Positions 1-18,110 of a stretch of DNA of 64,000 bases are shown piece by piece (positions within the stretch are counted from its first letter, which is position 1; each line of letters begins with the position of its first letter). A program made the translations under genes and the position numbers. Source of the stretch: Pseudomonadota bacterium (GTDB lineage Bacteria > Pseudomonadota > Gammaproteobacteria > Burkholderiales > SG8-39). The notes beneath the pieces were generated by a model that did no database searches, was not told where the DNA came from, and was given only the letters and a program-made list of their open reading frames with translations. The stretch is from assembly GCA_040752005.1 (NCBI GenBank), contig JBFMFX010000009.1, forward strand, positions 59,543 to 123,542, in the 5' to 3' direction.

Positions 1-316
1 CCGCGGCTTTTCGCCGCGGAGAACCTCGGGACATCCGCTTCGTGCCGGACGACTATGCGCCGCTTCAATGAGGCCGCGGCTTTTCGCCGCGGAGAACATC
101 GCCGGCTGGTATTCGCCGCACAGGTAGCCCGCGACGCTTCAATGAGGCCGCGGCTTTTCGCCGCGGAGAACAGCGCGAGCCCGACGGGCACCACGACGAA
201 CAGCGCCTGCTTCAATGAGGCCGCGGCTTTTCGCCGCGGAGAACGGGGTGGGCGATGCGCTCGGCGTGCCGCGCACCGACGCTTCAATGAGGCCGCGGCT
301 TTTCGCCGCGGAGAAC
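1..316 (-). CRISPR. CRISPR array, truncated by the window edge: 1 partial plus 4 complete identical 36-bp repeats and 4 spacers of 36-38 bp
   Basis: The repeat GCTTCAATGAGGCCGCGGCTTTTCGCCGCGGAGAAC occurs at 62-97, 136-171, 209-244 and 281-316, with a partial copy at 1-24. Spacers lie at 25-61, 98-135, 172-208 and 245-280. The reverse complement GTTCTCCGCGGCGAAAAGCCGCGGCCTCATTGAAGC has a 7-bp stem (CCGCGGC/GCCGCGG) with a GAAAA loop and ends in ATTGAAGC. This implies minus-strand transcription, co-oriented with the cas genes. Confidence 0.97.
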
Positions 317-553
317 TGACTTCTCGCGATGGCGCATCCGGCGTCGCTGTTCGGCCAGCCGCGCGAGAGGTTCGGCGCGAGCGCGGAACTTCTGGCGCGC
401 CGCCCGCCGCAGTATCACGCGGCAGGCCGATTTAGTCCAGATTGTTAAAGAACTTGGCGCTTCGCGAGCGCTGATCGCGCAGTGCCCCGGCACTGCAGCG
501 CTCGCGCTGGCGCGGCGAGTCGCACACCCGCCTCGACCGCCTGCGCCCGCGTC
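317..553 (-). promoter_or_regulatory. Putative CRISPR leader between the cas2 stop and the first repeat
   Basis: A 237-bp non-coding stretch lies between cas2 (stop at 554) and the leader-proximal repeat (281-316). It contains the only AT-rich block of the region (tttagtccagattgttaaagaactt, about 431-455). I could not define a clean -35/-10 pair. Confidence 0.6.
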
Positions 554-844
554 CTACACGATGAGCGGTTCGCGCTCGATCGGCCGGAAATCCTTTCCGA
601 GGCTCACCACTTTCGGCCGGATCGCGTCGGCCGGGCCGAGCTCCATCGTGATGACGTGATCCTCCTTGTGATGGATGATGCCGTCAAGCAGTTGCACCAT
701 CTCGGCGTGCCGGCGCCGGCTCAGGCGGCACTGGAAAACCGAGAGCTGGAGCCATTCGCCGTAACCGTTCATCAGCTTGAACACGCGCCGCCAGCGCTTC
801 TGGTCCCTGATGTCGTAGGCGACGATGTAGAGGTGCTCGTCCAT
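554..844 (-). CDS. cas2: CRISPR-associated endoribonuclease Cas2 (96 aa)
   Basis: The C-terminal 96 aa of the 554..2590 ORF read [39 protein letters not shown]..., a typical Cas2 N-terminus. The ATG is at 844, 2 nt after the cas4-cas1 stop (847-849). Confidence 0.9.
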   Translation of the reverse strand: MDEHLYIVAYDIRDQKRWRRVFKLMNGYGEWLQLSVFQCRLSRRRHAEMVQLLDGIIHHKEDHVITMELGPADAIRPKVVSLGKDFRPIEREPLIV

Positions 845-846
845 CG

Positions 847-2556
847 CTACCTCGTCACGAGATTGGGATAGTCCTCGAGTTCGCCCAGCAGGTGCCGCCC
901 GAGCAGCCGCGCCTGGATCTCGATCAGCCGCCGGTAGCTCGCCCGGTAACCGAACACTGGGTGGGTGATTTCCTGGCTCATGCGGCGCTCGAAGCCGGCG
1001 ATGAATCGCTTGCGCCCGTCGGGCGCGAGCGCGACGGCGCGTCCCGAGCGCACGAAATCTGAGGGCCGCAGCTCGCCGTTGTTGATCGCCATCAGCACCG
1101 CGGAGTCGGCGATGAGCGGGCGGAACGGCTCCATCAGGTCCAGGGCGAGCGCGGGCCGGCCGTAGCGCGGCTTGTGGTAATAGCCGCGGTAGGGGTCGAA
1201 GCCGACGGCGGCAAGCGTCACGGTGAACGCGCGCACCAGCAGCGCGTAGGCAAAGGAAAGCAGCGCATTCACCGGGTCGGTCGGCGGGCGGCGGTTGCGC
1301 GCCGTGAAGTCGAACTCGCCGGTGCTCGTGTCGCCGGCCTTGAGCAGGCTGCCGAACGCTCCGAAGTAGCGCGCCGCGGCAGCACCCTCCACACCGAGCA
1401 ACTCCGCCAGCGTTCGCGCCCGCCGCGCTGCTCGTGCATCTTCCTTGAGCGCATCGAGCAGGGCCTCGGGCTTGGGGTCCTCGCGCCAGTTGCGCCGCAG
1501 GAGCGTGCGCCCATTGAGGATCTTCGCCTCGACCAGCCCCTTGGCGATGCGCAGGCAGTGCGCCTCGTCGAAACTGGCGCGGTACTGGGCGGCACGAAGC
1601 TCTACGTTCTTGTGGCCGGTGCCGATGGTGTGGCCGAAGAACCAGCCGCCGTAGCTCGTCCAGGTGACCGGGATGCCGCGCGCCATCAGCTCCTGCAGGC
1701 ACGGCGTCGTCAGGTACACGTTGCCCATCAACACGAGCTGCGAGACCTCGCCCAGCCGGGCGCGGCTCACCACCTTGTCCTCGATGCTCACCTCGAGCGT
1801 CTCGCCGTCGCGCGAGACCTTCGCGCGCTGCGCCTGCACGTACACCGGCATCGCCTCGTCGCGCGCCACCGCGAGCGGGCGCGGCGGCTCGCCCGCCCTG
1901 CGAAAGAAGTTGACCTCGTCGGGCAAGCAGATGCCGACGAGCGAGCAGCGCGGGCATTTGGGGCTGTTTTCGAGCGGCGGTGGAATCTGGCCTCCGGCCG
2001 CGATCAGGCGCAGCCCGTCCACCGCGCGGCGCGTGAGGGTACGAAGCTCCTCGTCGAACGGCACCCGCACGCGCTCGCGGCTCTCGGCGAAGTAGAGGAT
2101 GCCCTCGCTCGCCTCGTAGCCGTGCTCCTCGAGCAGCATTCCCTGGATGCAAAGCTGGACTCGCTCCGGATCGTAGGCACCCTTCGCGACGTGCGGGCGC
2201 TTGCCGCGCTTGTAGTCCACCGGGGTCACCGCATTGCCCGTGCCCTCGATCAGATCTATCTTCGCGATCAGGCCGAGCCGCACCGAGGCGAGCGTTACCG
2301 AGCGCGCGTGAATTCGCTCCGTCTCGCTCTCGGCTCCCGGCTCGGGCAGCTCGCCGGCGGGCGTATCCACGCGCCGGTGGCGGTGCCGGCCTTCGATCGT
2401 GTCCGCCGAGTCCGCCCACTCGCCCTGCACCCATTCGAGATAGGCAAGGCGCGGGCAGTACTGATACTCGTTGACCATGCGCGCGGGCAGCAGCGGCATG
2501 TCCCCGGTGAATTCGGGGAAGGGGAGGGGCAGCTCGGGCTGCTCCGGAGAGGTCAA
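847..2556 (-). CDS. cas1: Cas4-Cas1 fusion protein (type I-G adaptation module)
   Basis: The N-terminus carries Cas4 motifs ([12 protein letters not shown] ... [14 protein letters not shown] four-Cys cluster). The remainder is Cas1-like. The track start at 2556 is a TTG; an in-frame ATG at 2499 ([17 protein letters not shown]) is an alternative start. Confidence 0.9.
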   Translation of the reverse strand: MTSPEQPELPLPFPEFTGDMPLLPARMVNEYQYCPRLAYLEWVQGEWADSADTIEGRHRHRRVDTPAGELPEPGAESETERIHARSVTLASVRLGLIAKIDLIEGTGNAVTPVDYKRGKRPHVAKGAYDPERVQLCIQGMLLEEHGYEASEGILYFAESRERVRVPFDEELRTLTRRAVDGLRLIAAGGQIPPPLENSPKCPRCSLVGICLPDEVNFFRRAGEPPRPLAVARDEAMPVYVQAQRAKVSRDGETLEVSIEDKVVSRARLGEVSQLVLMGNVYLTTPCLQELMARGIPVTWTSYGGWFFGHTIGTGHKNVELRAAQYRASFDEAHCLRIAKGLVEAKILNGRTLLRRNWREDPKPEALLDALKEDARAARRARTLAELLGVEGAAAARYFGAFGSLLKAGDTSTGEFDFTARNRRPPTDPVNALLSFAYALLVRAFTVTLAAVGFDPYRGYYHKPRYGRPALALDLMEPFRPLIADSAVLMAINNGELRPSDFVRSGRAVALAPDGRKRFIAGFERRMSQEITHPVFGYRASYRRLIEIQARLLGRHLLGELEDYPNLVTR

Positions 2557-2610
2557 GCGGCGACCGTCCGCGGAAACCAGCGTACCGCACCCTTTCGGAG
2601 GCGGTACTCG

Positions 2611-11081
<8,471 letters not shown>

Positions 11082-11783
11082 TTATTCGGTTTCGCCCTCG
11101 GGTGCAGGCTCGGCTGCCGGTGCTTTGGCTGCGTCGGGCCGAGGGTCGAGTGCGCGTGCGCCTGCGAGCATCGTCGGAGCCCGGTGCCGCGGCGAAAGGC
11201 GGCGCGAGTGCGTGTTGCGCCCCTGCAGAGTTCTGCGGGGAAGCATCGCACGATGGCGCTCGAGGTGGCTCCGTGCGCGCTGCCTCGCCGCAGGCGAGGG
11301 CTCGGACGCCCGCTGCGCCGCCTCTCCGGTACCGCGCCCCTGTTCGGGGTGCCGCGATGTACGCGCGAAGACCGAATCGCAATCCTCCCTTGCGCCAGTG
11401 GCTGCTGCCGCGGATTGTCGAGCCGGGCAGTCTTAAATGGCGATCGCGCCCACGGGCAGTGTATCGGCGGGCTGCGGGGCGGCCAAGGCGCAGTGCAATA
11501 AGGGATTTCGCGCGGCGTCCATCGCGTTTCGAGATCGCTCGGCGCGTGCGCGGCGCGGGGCGATGTCCGAAAGTTGCGCGCGGCGGGTGTCGCCTCGTCT
11601 GTTCGGTCTCGCCAGCGCCGGGCGAAGCGGCGGGCGGCGCGGCTTGCCGGCGTGGAGATTTGCGCCCTTGGCGCCGGCCGCCGGAGCGGCGGCTCGATGG
11701 GCCCGCGCGCGGGCCGCTCGCCGATCGTCGGTCCGCTGCCGGGCCGAGGCGTGGCGCGAACCGGAGCGGGCGCGGTGCCATCG

Positions 11784-12371
11784 TCATTCGATGCCGGCCC
11801 GGGAGCACCACGCCGCCTCCAGGCGCTCGCGCCAGAGATTGGCGAGCGGCGCGGGATCCCCGCGGTCGTGCGCGCGTAGCGCCGCGAGGTATCGCTCGCG
11901 CGCGGCGGCGCTGAGCGGGGCCAGTTGCACCGGCGGCAGGCCGAGGCGGCGCAGGATCTCGCGCAGCCACAGGCGCGTCGCGCGGCCGTTGAACGCGGCG
12001 AACGGCCGGATGAAGAGGAGCCTTCCCTCGGCAAAGGCTAGGGCGTCGAACGGTGCGCCGCCCGCCCGCGCATCGAGCCGCGCCCGCAGATCGCGGCAGT
12101 ACTCGTTCACGAGCGCGGGCACGAGCGTGAAATCGGGCGGCGGATGCGGCTCGCGGGGGAAGTTCGCGCCGCGCCAGCCCGCGAGCGGCGGCGCGACGCC
12201 GGCGCACAGGCACGCGTGCAGCTCGAGAAGCAGCAGCTCGTCGAGCGCGGCGCGCGCGAACGCGCCTTCCTCGATGCGGCGCATCAGATCGAGCATGTTG
12301 CAGGCGAGCCGCGCCGCAAGCTCGCGATCGCCGGCCTTTTCGAACACGCCGCCGAGCATGCCGCGCGCCAC
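11784..12371 (-). CDS. Fic/DOC-family protein with a degenerate active-site motif
   Basis: LELHACLCAGV..AGWRGAN and FIRPFAAFNGRATRLWL align to the Fic core IHPFxxGNGRxxR, but with substitutions H->R, D/E->A and G->F. The start is GTG at 12371 or ATG at 12359. It lies 25 nt downstream of the WYL gene. Confidence 0.7.
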   Translation of the reverse strand: MARGMLGGVFEKAGDRELAARLACNMLDLMRRIEEGAFARAALDELLLLELHACLCAGVAPPLAGWRGANFPREPHPPPDFTLVPALVNEYCRDLRARLDARAGGAPFDALAFAEGRLLFIRPFAAFNGRATRLWLREILRRLGLPPVQLAPLSAAARERYLAALRAHDRGDPAPLANLWRERLEAAWCSRAGIE

Positions 12372-12396
12372 TCTCAGGCGGCGATAGCGGCGCGCT

Positions 12397-13380
<984 letters not shown>

Positions 13381-13474
13381 TTACGCCACGCGCCGCTAGC
13401 GCAGATGCGCGGAACGCCGCAGCCGTCGCGCTCGTCGGGCGCGCGCCAGCGGCAGCCTTTGCGCCCTGCGGGCG

Positions 13475-13762
13475 CTAGCGCCGCTTGCGGGACGGGCGCG
13501 GGCGTGTGGCGCGGTACTCGCGCTCGACATCCCTCAGCAGGGCATGCGGCTCGCCCTCGATCGCGCGCATGAAGTGCAGGAATTCGACCACGTCCAGGCG
13601 CCGCTCGCCCGACTCGGCCTTCGAGACGTAGGACTGCGGCTTGCCGAGGCGCCGCGCCAGTTCCTGCTGCGTGATGCCGCGCGCCTGCCGCGCGGCCCGC
13701 ATCCGGGCGAGCAGCGCGCGATACAGCGGCGAATGGGTGGAGCGCAAGGTCGGCAACCGCAA
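13475..13762 (-). CDS. XRE/Cro-C1 family HTH transcriptional regulator
   Basis: ARGITQQELARRLGKPQSYVSKAESGERRLDVVEF is a classic XRE HTH. The track start is a TTG at 13762; an ATG at 13702 is an alternative. Confidence 0.8.
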   Translation of the reverse strand: MRLPTLRSTHSPLYRALLARMRAARQARGITQQELARRLGKPQSYVSKAESGERRLDVVEFLHFMRAIEGEPHALLRDVEREYRATRPRPSRKRR

Positions 13763-13800
13763 CAGGACTTGGCCGGCTACGTCTAGACCCGTTTTGCCGT

Positions 13801-13817
13801 TATCCCAACTTGGGATA
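13801..13817. promoter_or_regulatory. Perfect 17-bp palindrome TATCCCAAcTTGGGATA in the divergent XRE/GGDEF intergenic region; candidate operator
   Basis: Read directly from the sequence: the arms 13801-13808 and 13810-13817 are exact reverse complements. Confidence 0.5.
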
Positions 13818-13830
13818 TGCTGCGCGGCGC

Positions 13831-15282
13831 ATGTCCCGGTTTGCCGAGCAGTCGCCCGCGCCGCGCCGCCGCAGGGCGGCCATTCGTGTGCTGGTGATCG
13901 CGGAGGGTGCCGTACAGCCCGCGCCGATCGGGCTTTCGCTCGGTCGGTGCGACGACGCGCGCCTCGAGGTGAGCCGCCTACGCGCGCTTGCGCCCGCCGC
14001 CGGCGCGGCGCGGCGCAGGCCGCCGGATGCGATCGTCCTTGAGCTCTCCGGGACGGCCGGCCTCGAGCGCGTTCGCCGCGTCGCGCTCGCGTATCCGGAC
14101 GTTCCGCTGATCGTCCTCGCGCCGCGCGGCGCGCCGGCGCTCGCCGCCCGGGCGATCCGCCACGGCGCGCAGGACTGCCTGCCGAGGCGCGAAGCCGACG
14201 GCGAGCGCCTCGCGTGCGCGATCCGCATGGCGATCGAGCGCAAGCGCGCCGAGGCGCAACTGCTGCGGCGCGCGCACTTCGATTCGCTCACCGGGCTGGC
14301 GAACCGCGCGCTGTTCGCCGACCGGCTCGCGCACGCGCTCGCGCGCGCGCGGCGCCGCGGCGAGCGTGTCGGGCTGCTCTATCTGGATCTCGACGGGTTC
14401 AAGGCGATCAACGACGCGCGCGGGCACGCGGCGGGCGACGCGGCCCTGCGCCAGGTGGCGGCGCGCCTGCGCGCCGCGGTGCGCGAGAGCGAGACCGCCG
14501 CGCGTTTCGGCGGCGACGAGTTCACGGTGCTGATCGAACTGCTTCGCGACCCGGCGGATGCCGTCGCCGTCGCCGCGCGCATCGCCGCCGCGCTGCGCCG
14601 CCCGCTCGAGGTCGAGGGGCAGGAGGTGCGCCTGACGGCGAGCATCGGCATCGCGATCTTTCCGGACGATGGCACCGATCCGCAGACGCTGCTGCGCAGC
14701 GCCGACCGGGCGATGTTCCGTGTGAAGCGCTCGGGCGGCGGCCATGCGCGGTTCGCGAGCGAGCGCCGCACCGGCGGGAAAGCGCGCCGGCGAGGTGAGC
14801 CCGCGCCGGCCCCGCAGGATGCGGCGGGCGCCGCGGCCGCGCCGCTGCTCGACTTTGGCCAGGCGGCCGAGCGCGCAAGGCGCGGCCAGGGCGCGGCGTT
14901 CGCGTTCTGCCCGATCGCCGGCGCGCCGGCGCCGCGCCGCGACGCCGCGTGCGCCGGAGCGAACCTGTTCGTGGTCGCCGATGGCGCCGGCGGCGCGCGG
15001 CGATCGCGCGCGGATGCAGGCTACCGCGTCATTTACGTCGGCGGCCGGTTCGGCACCGCCTCGCTCGTTCGCATGACCTTCGCACCCGGGGCGGTGCCGC
15101 GCGAGGCGCGCGAGGCGCGCTACCGCCCGCTGGCGCAGTTCGACGAATCGCTGCTGCGCGGCGACCTGCACCGCATTCACGCCGCGCTCGCGCTGCGCGC
15201 GCTGACGCCGGCGCCGCCTGCGGCGGCCGGTACGGCGTCAAACCCGAACGGCGCGGTGCGCGCGCGCCCCGCCGCGGGCTAG
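13831..15282 (+). CDS. Diguanylate cyclase (GGDEF) with a degenerate receiver-like N-terminal domain and a long Ala/Arg-rich C-terminal tail
   Basis: The GGDEF core reads FDSLTGLANR...LYLDLDGFKAINDARGH..GD...ARFGGDEFTVL. The receiver-like region is VLVIAEG...DAIVLELSG...PLIVLAPRG, with Glu at the expected phospho-Asp position. ATG is at 13831; the track ORF begins at a TTG at 13810. Confidence 0.8.
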   Translation: MSRFAEQSPAPRRRRAAIRVLVIAEGAVQPAPIGLSLGRCDDARLEVSRLRALAPAAGAARRRPPDAIVLELSGTAGLERVRRVALAYPDVPLIVLAPRGAPALAARAIRHGAQDCLPRREADGERLACAIRMAIERKRAEAQLLRRAHFDSLTGLANRALFADRLAHALARARRRGERVGLLYLDLDGFKAINDARGHAAGDAALRQVAARLRAAVRESETAARFGGDEFTVLIELLRDPADAVAVAARIAAALRRPLEVEGQEVRLTASIGIAIFPDDGTDPQTLLRSADRAMFRVKRSGGGHARFASERRTGGKARRRGEPAPAPQDAAGAAAAPLLDFGQAAERARRGQGAAFAFCPIAGAPAPRRDAACAGANLFVVADGAGGARRSRADAGYRVIYVGGRFGTASLVRMTFAPGAVPREAREARYRPLAQFDESLLRGDLHRIHAALALRALTPAPPAAAGTASNPNGAVRARPAAG

Positions 15283-16637
15283 AACGGCAGCGGCGCTTCC
15301 GGCTTCATCGGCTGCAGCACCGCGCGGAACTCCTCCTGGATGCGGCGCAGAGCCTGCGGCGTGTCGCCCTCGAAGCGCAGCACGATCACCGGCGTGGTGT
15401 TGGAGGCGCGCGCCAGGCCGAAGCCGTCGGCGTATTCGGCGCGCACGCCGTCAATGGTGAGGATCCGCTCGGCACTGCGGAACGGCTTCGTTTCCTGCAG
15501 GCGCGCGATCAGCGCATGCGGCTCGCCCTCGGCGAGCTTCCAGTTGAGTTCCGGCGTCGAGGGCGCATCGGGTAGCGCCTCGAGCGCCGCGCCCGGATCG
15601 GCCTCGCGCGAGACGATTTCCAGCAACCGGGCGCCGGCGTACAGCGCATCGTCGAACCCGTACCAGCGCTCCTTGAAGAAGATGTGGCCCGACATCTCGC
15701 CCGCGAGCGGCGCGCCGCTCTCGGCGAGCTTCGCCTTGATGAGCGAGTGCCCGGTCTTCCAGATGACGGGACGGCCGCCATGGCGCTCGATCCAGCGCGC
15801 GAGCAGCCGCGTGCACTTGACGTCGTAGATGATCTCGGCGCCGGGATTGCGCGCAAGCACGTCCTTTGCAAAGAGCATGAGCTGGCGGTCCGGATAGATG
15901 ACCGCGCCCGAGGGCGTCACCACGCCCAGCCGGTCGCCGTCGCCGTCGAAGGCGAGGCCGAGCGCCGCGCGCTCGCGCTTCACCGCGGCGATCACGTCGG
16001 CGAGATTCTCTGGCTTGGAGGGATCCGGATGGTGGTTCGGAAAGCGCCCGTTCACCTCGGTGTAGAGCTCGATCACCTCGCAGCCCAGGCGCCGGTAAAG
16101 GCGCGGCGCGATCGCGCCGGTGACGCCATTGCCGCAGTCCACCGCGATCCTGAGCGGCCGCGCGAGCTTCACGTCGCCGGCGATACGCTCGACGTACGCC
16201 TCGCGGATGTCGGCGCTCGTGCGCCGCCCTGAGCCGCTGGCGAAGCTTCCGGACTCGATGCGCCGGCGCAGTTCCTGGATTTCGTCTCCCGCGAGGGTTT
16301 TGCCCTCGACCATCATCTTGATGCCGTTGTATTCGGGCGGGTTGTGGCTGCCGGTGACCGCAAGCGCGCTGCCGCAGCCGAGGTGGTGCGCCGCGAACCA
16401 GGCAAGCGGTGTCGGCACCATGCCGAGGTCGGTCGCGTCCGCGCCGGAGGCGAGGAGACCCTCGATGAGCGCCGCTGCGAGAGCGGGACTGGTGAGTCGC
16501 CCGTCGCGGCCAACCGCGAACGCGAGCCCGGGCCGGCCGAGCGCGCGGCCGATCGCGTGCATCACCTCGTCGCTGAGCGAGCGGCCCGCGATGCCGCGGA
16601 TGTCGTAGGCGCGGAAGATTTCTGCAGGAACGTTCAT
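15279..16637 (-). CDS. Phosphomannomutase/phosphoglucomutase
   Basis: MNVPAEIFRAYDIRG is followed by the active-site loop TGSHNPPEYNGIK. The ATG at 16637 overlaps the upstream stop as ATGA. Confidence 0.92.
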   Translation of the reverse strand: MNVPAEIFRAYDIRGIAGRSLSDEVMHAIGRALGRPGLAFAVGRDGRLTSPALAAALIEGLLASGADATDLGMVPTPLAWFAAHHLGCGSALAVTGSHNPPEYNGIKMMVEGKTLAGDEIQELRRRIESGSFASGSGRRTSADIREAYVERIAGDVKLARPLRIAVDCGNGVTGAIAPRLYRRLGCEVIELYTEVNGRFPNHHPDPSKPENLADVIAAVKRERAALGLAFDGDGDRLGVVTPSGAVIYPDRQLMLFAKDVLARNPGAEIIYDVKCTRLLARWIERHGGRPVIWKTGHSLIKAKLAESGAPLAGEMSGHIFFKERWYGFDDALYAGARLLEIVSREADPGAALEALPDAPSTPELNWKLAEGEPHALIARLQETKPFRSAERILTIDGVRAEYADGFGLARASNTTPVIVLRFEGDTPQALRRIQEEFRAVLQPMKPEAPLPF

Positions 16638-17587
16638 CGTTGCTCGAGGAAGTGAAGGATTCGGCGCACGAGCCAATCGCCGCGATCCGGAAAGCCGGCA
16701 TGGCCGCCGGTCGCGGGGAATTCGAGCGTCAGGAAAGCATTATCGCGCGCCGAAGCCGCGGCCGCATCCAGCGCCTGTGCCGGAAGAAAAGGATCGTTGC
16801 GGGCGTTGAGCACCAGCGTCGGTACCGCGATGGCCGCAAGCCACGGGCCGCAGGAGGCGCGTGCCCAGTAGTCCTCGGCGTCGCGAAAACCGTGCAGCGG
16901 CGCGGTCACCGTGTCGTCGAAGGCGCGAAACGTCTTCGCCGCGCGCACGCGCGCCGGATCGTACAGGCCGGGGTGGCGGCGGAGCTTCTCGAGCGCCTTG
17001 CGCCGCAGCGTCCAGAGGAAATGCCGCGCGTACACCTCGCGGTTGAAGCCGCGATCGAGCGCATTTGCCGAGGCGGCGAGATCGAGCGGCGCCGACACCG
17101 CCACCGCGCGGCGCACGAGCTTCGCCGCGCGCGGCCCCGACTCGCCGAGCCATTTGAGGAGGACGTTGCCGCCGAGCGAGACGCCCGCTGCGTAAAGCCG
17201 CCGACCGGTGTTCGCGAAGCGCTCGATCATCCAGGCGGTTTCGGCGCTGTCGCCGGAATGGTAGGCGCGCGGCAGGCGGTTCAATTCGCCCGAGCAGCCG
17301 CGGAAATGCGGCAGCGCGACGCGCCAGCCTTGCCGCGTCGCGCGCGCGGCGAGTGCGCGCGCGTAGTGGCTCGCCGAGCCGCCCTCCAGGCCGTGAAAGA
17401 GCACGAGCAGCCGCGGCGCGTGCGGGGCGCCCGCCCAGTCCACGTCCACGAAATCGCCGTCGGGCGTGTCCCAGCGCTCGCGCGTCCAGGCGACGCGCGG
17501 CCGGCGCACGAGCACCGGAACGATCGTCTGCAGATGCCCGCCCGGCAGCCACCAGGGCGCGCAATACGGCCCGGGATGCGCTTTCAA
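16634..17587 (-). CDS. Alpha/beta-fold hydrolase (YheT-like)
   Basis: WWLPGGHLQTI...LFHGLEGGSASHY...GVSLGGNVL is a YheT-type pattern. My preferred start is the TTG at 17587, overlapping the upstream stop. The track ORF extends to 17677 and would overlap the preceding gene by 94 nt. Confidence 0.75.
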   Translation of the reverse strand: MKAHPGPYCAPWWLPGGHLQTIVPVLVRRPRVAWTRERWDTPDGDFVDVDWAGAPHAPRLLVLFHGLEGGSASHYARALAARATRQGWRVALPHFRGCSGELNRLPRAYHSGDSAETAWMIERFANTGRRLYAAGVSLGGNVLLKWLGESGPRAAKLVRRAVAVSAPLDLAASANALDRGFNREVYARHFLWTLRRKALEKLRRHPGLYDPARVRAAKTFRAFDDTVTAPLHGFRDAEDYWARASCGPWLAAIAVPTLVLNARNDPFLPAQALDAAAASARDNAFLTLEFPATGGHAGFPDRGDWLVRRILHFLEQR

Positions 17588-18024
17588 TGAAGGAGCTTGG
17601 GCCCCGGCGGAGCGGGGGGGCGTTCGGCCGGCACCGCGGCGGGTGCGGGCGAGGCGTGGTGCACGATCATTCGCCATCCGGTCGCGGTGCGGAGGTACAC
17701 GTTCGTCGCCACCACCGGCGGCTGCGGCCTGGATTCGCCGGGCACCGTGATCGTCTCGTGCACGCTGTGCACCGCGAGCATCGCATTGGCGATCGTCACG
17801 CGCTGCACCGCGCGGATGCGCATGCCGGGGCCGGCGGCGAAAATCGCGCGCCAGCTACCGCGCACCTGCTCGGCACCGGCAAGGCGCGGCCCGCCCGGAT
17901 GCACGCAGACGATCTCCTCGTCCTCCGCCCAGACGGCCATCATCGCTTCCAGGTCGGCGGCCTCGATCGCCTCGTAGAAGGCGTTTTCCGCATCCTGCGC
18001 CGTCGGAAAAAACTTCCCCGCCAT
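17584..18024 (-). CDS. SnoaL-like / NTF2-family (DUF4440-like) protein
   Basis: AENAFYEAIEAADLEAMMAVWAEDEEIVCVHPGG...GWRMIVHHAS is a typical NTF2-like fold pattern. Confidence 0.7.
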   Translation of the reverse strand: MAGKFFPTAQDAENAFYEAIEAADLEAMMAVWAEDEEIVCVHPGGPRLAGAEQVRGSWRAIFAAGPGMRIRAVQRVTIANAMLAVHSVHETITVPGESRPQPPVVATNVYLRTATGWRMIVHHASPAPAAVPAERPPAPPGPKLLH

Positions 18025-18077
18025 CCAGAATCAGGGTCAGACCCCGTTTTTTCTCCCGTACCGCTATTGTTGCCGAA

Positions 18078-18110
18078 AATCAGGTCAGACCCGGGCCTGA
18101 CCCTGATTTT
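18078..18110 (-). terminator. Candidate intrinsic terminator overlapping the waaF stop codon; part of a REP-like repeat trio
   Basis: The minus-strand RNA reads AATCAGGGTCAG-GCCCGGGT-CTGACCTGATTTT, a 12-bp stem with one bulge followed by a T-run. A third copy of AATCAGGGTCAG lies at 18029-18040. Confidence 0.45.

Noticed and set aside
55-435. A 126-aa ORF (and the antisense 284..493) with the recurring peptide FNEAAAFRRGE.
   Set aside because: The periodic peptide is simply the CRISPR repeat translated in frame. The region is the array plus its leader, not a gene.
845-2590. The N-terminal 582 aa of the 678-aa ORF 554..2590.
   Set aside because: This is a shadow frame overlapping cas4-cas1, rich in Arg/Ala/Gly/Pro with no motifs. 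Only the last 96 aa (554-844) form a recognisable Cas2 with its own ATG.
11186-11206. The sequence GCCGCGGCGAAAGGCGGCGCG, which resembles the CRISPR repeat core CCGCGGCGAAAAGCCGCGG. I considered it as an orphan or degenerate repeat upstream of cas3.
   Set aside because: Only the first 11 nt or so match. The 3' arm and the ATTGAAGC tail are absent and there is no spacer-repeat periodicity. GC-rich hairpins like this arise easily by chance in this genome.
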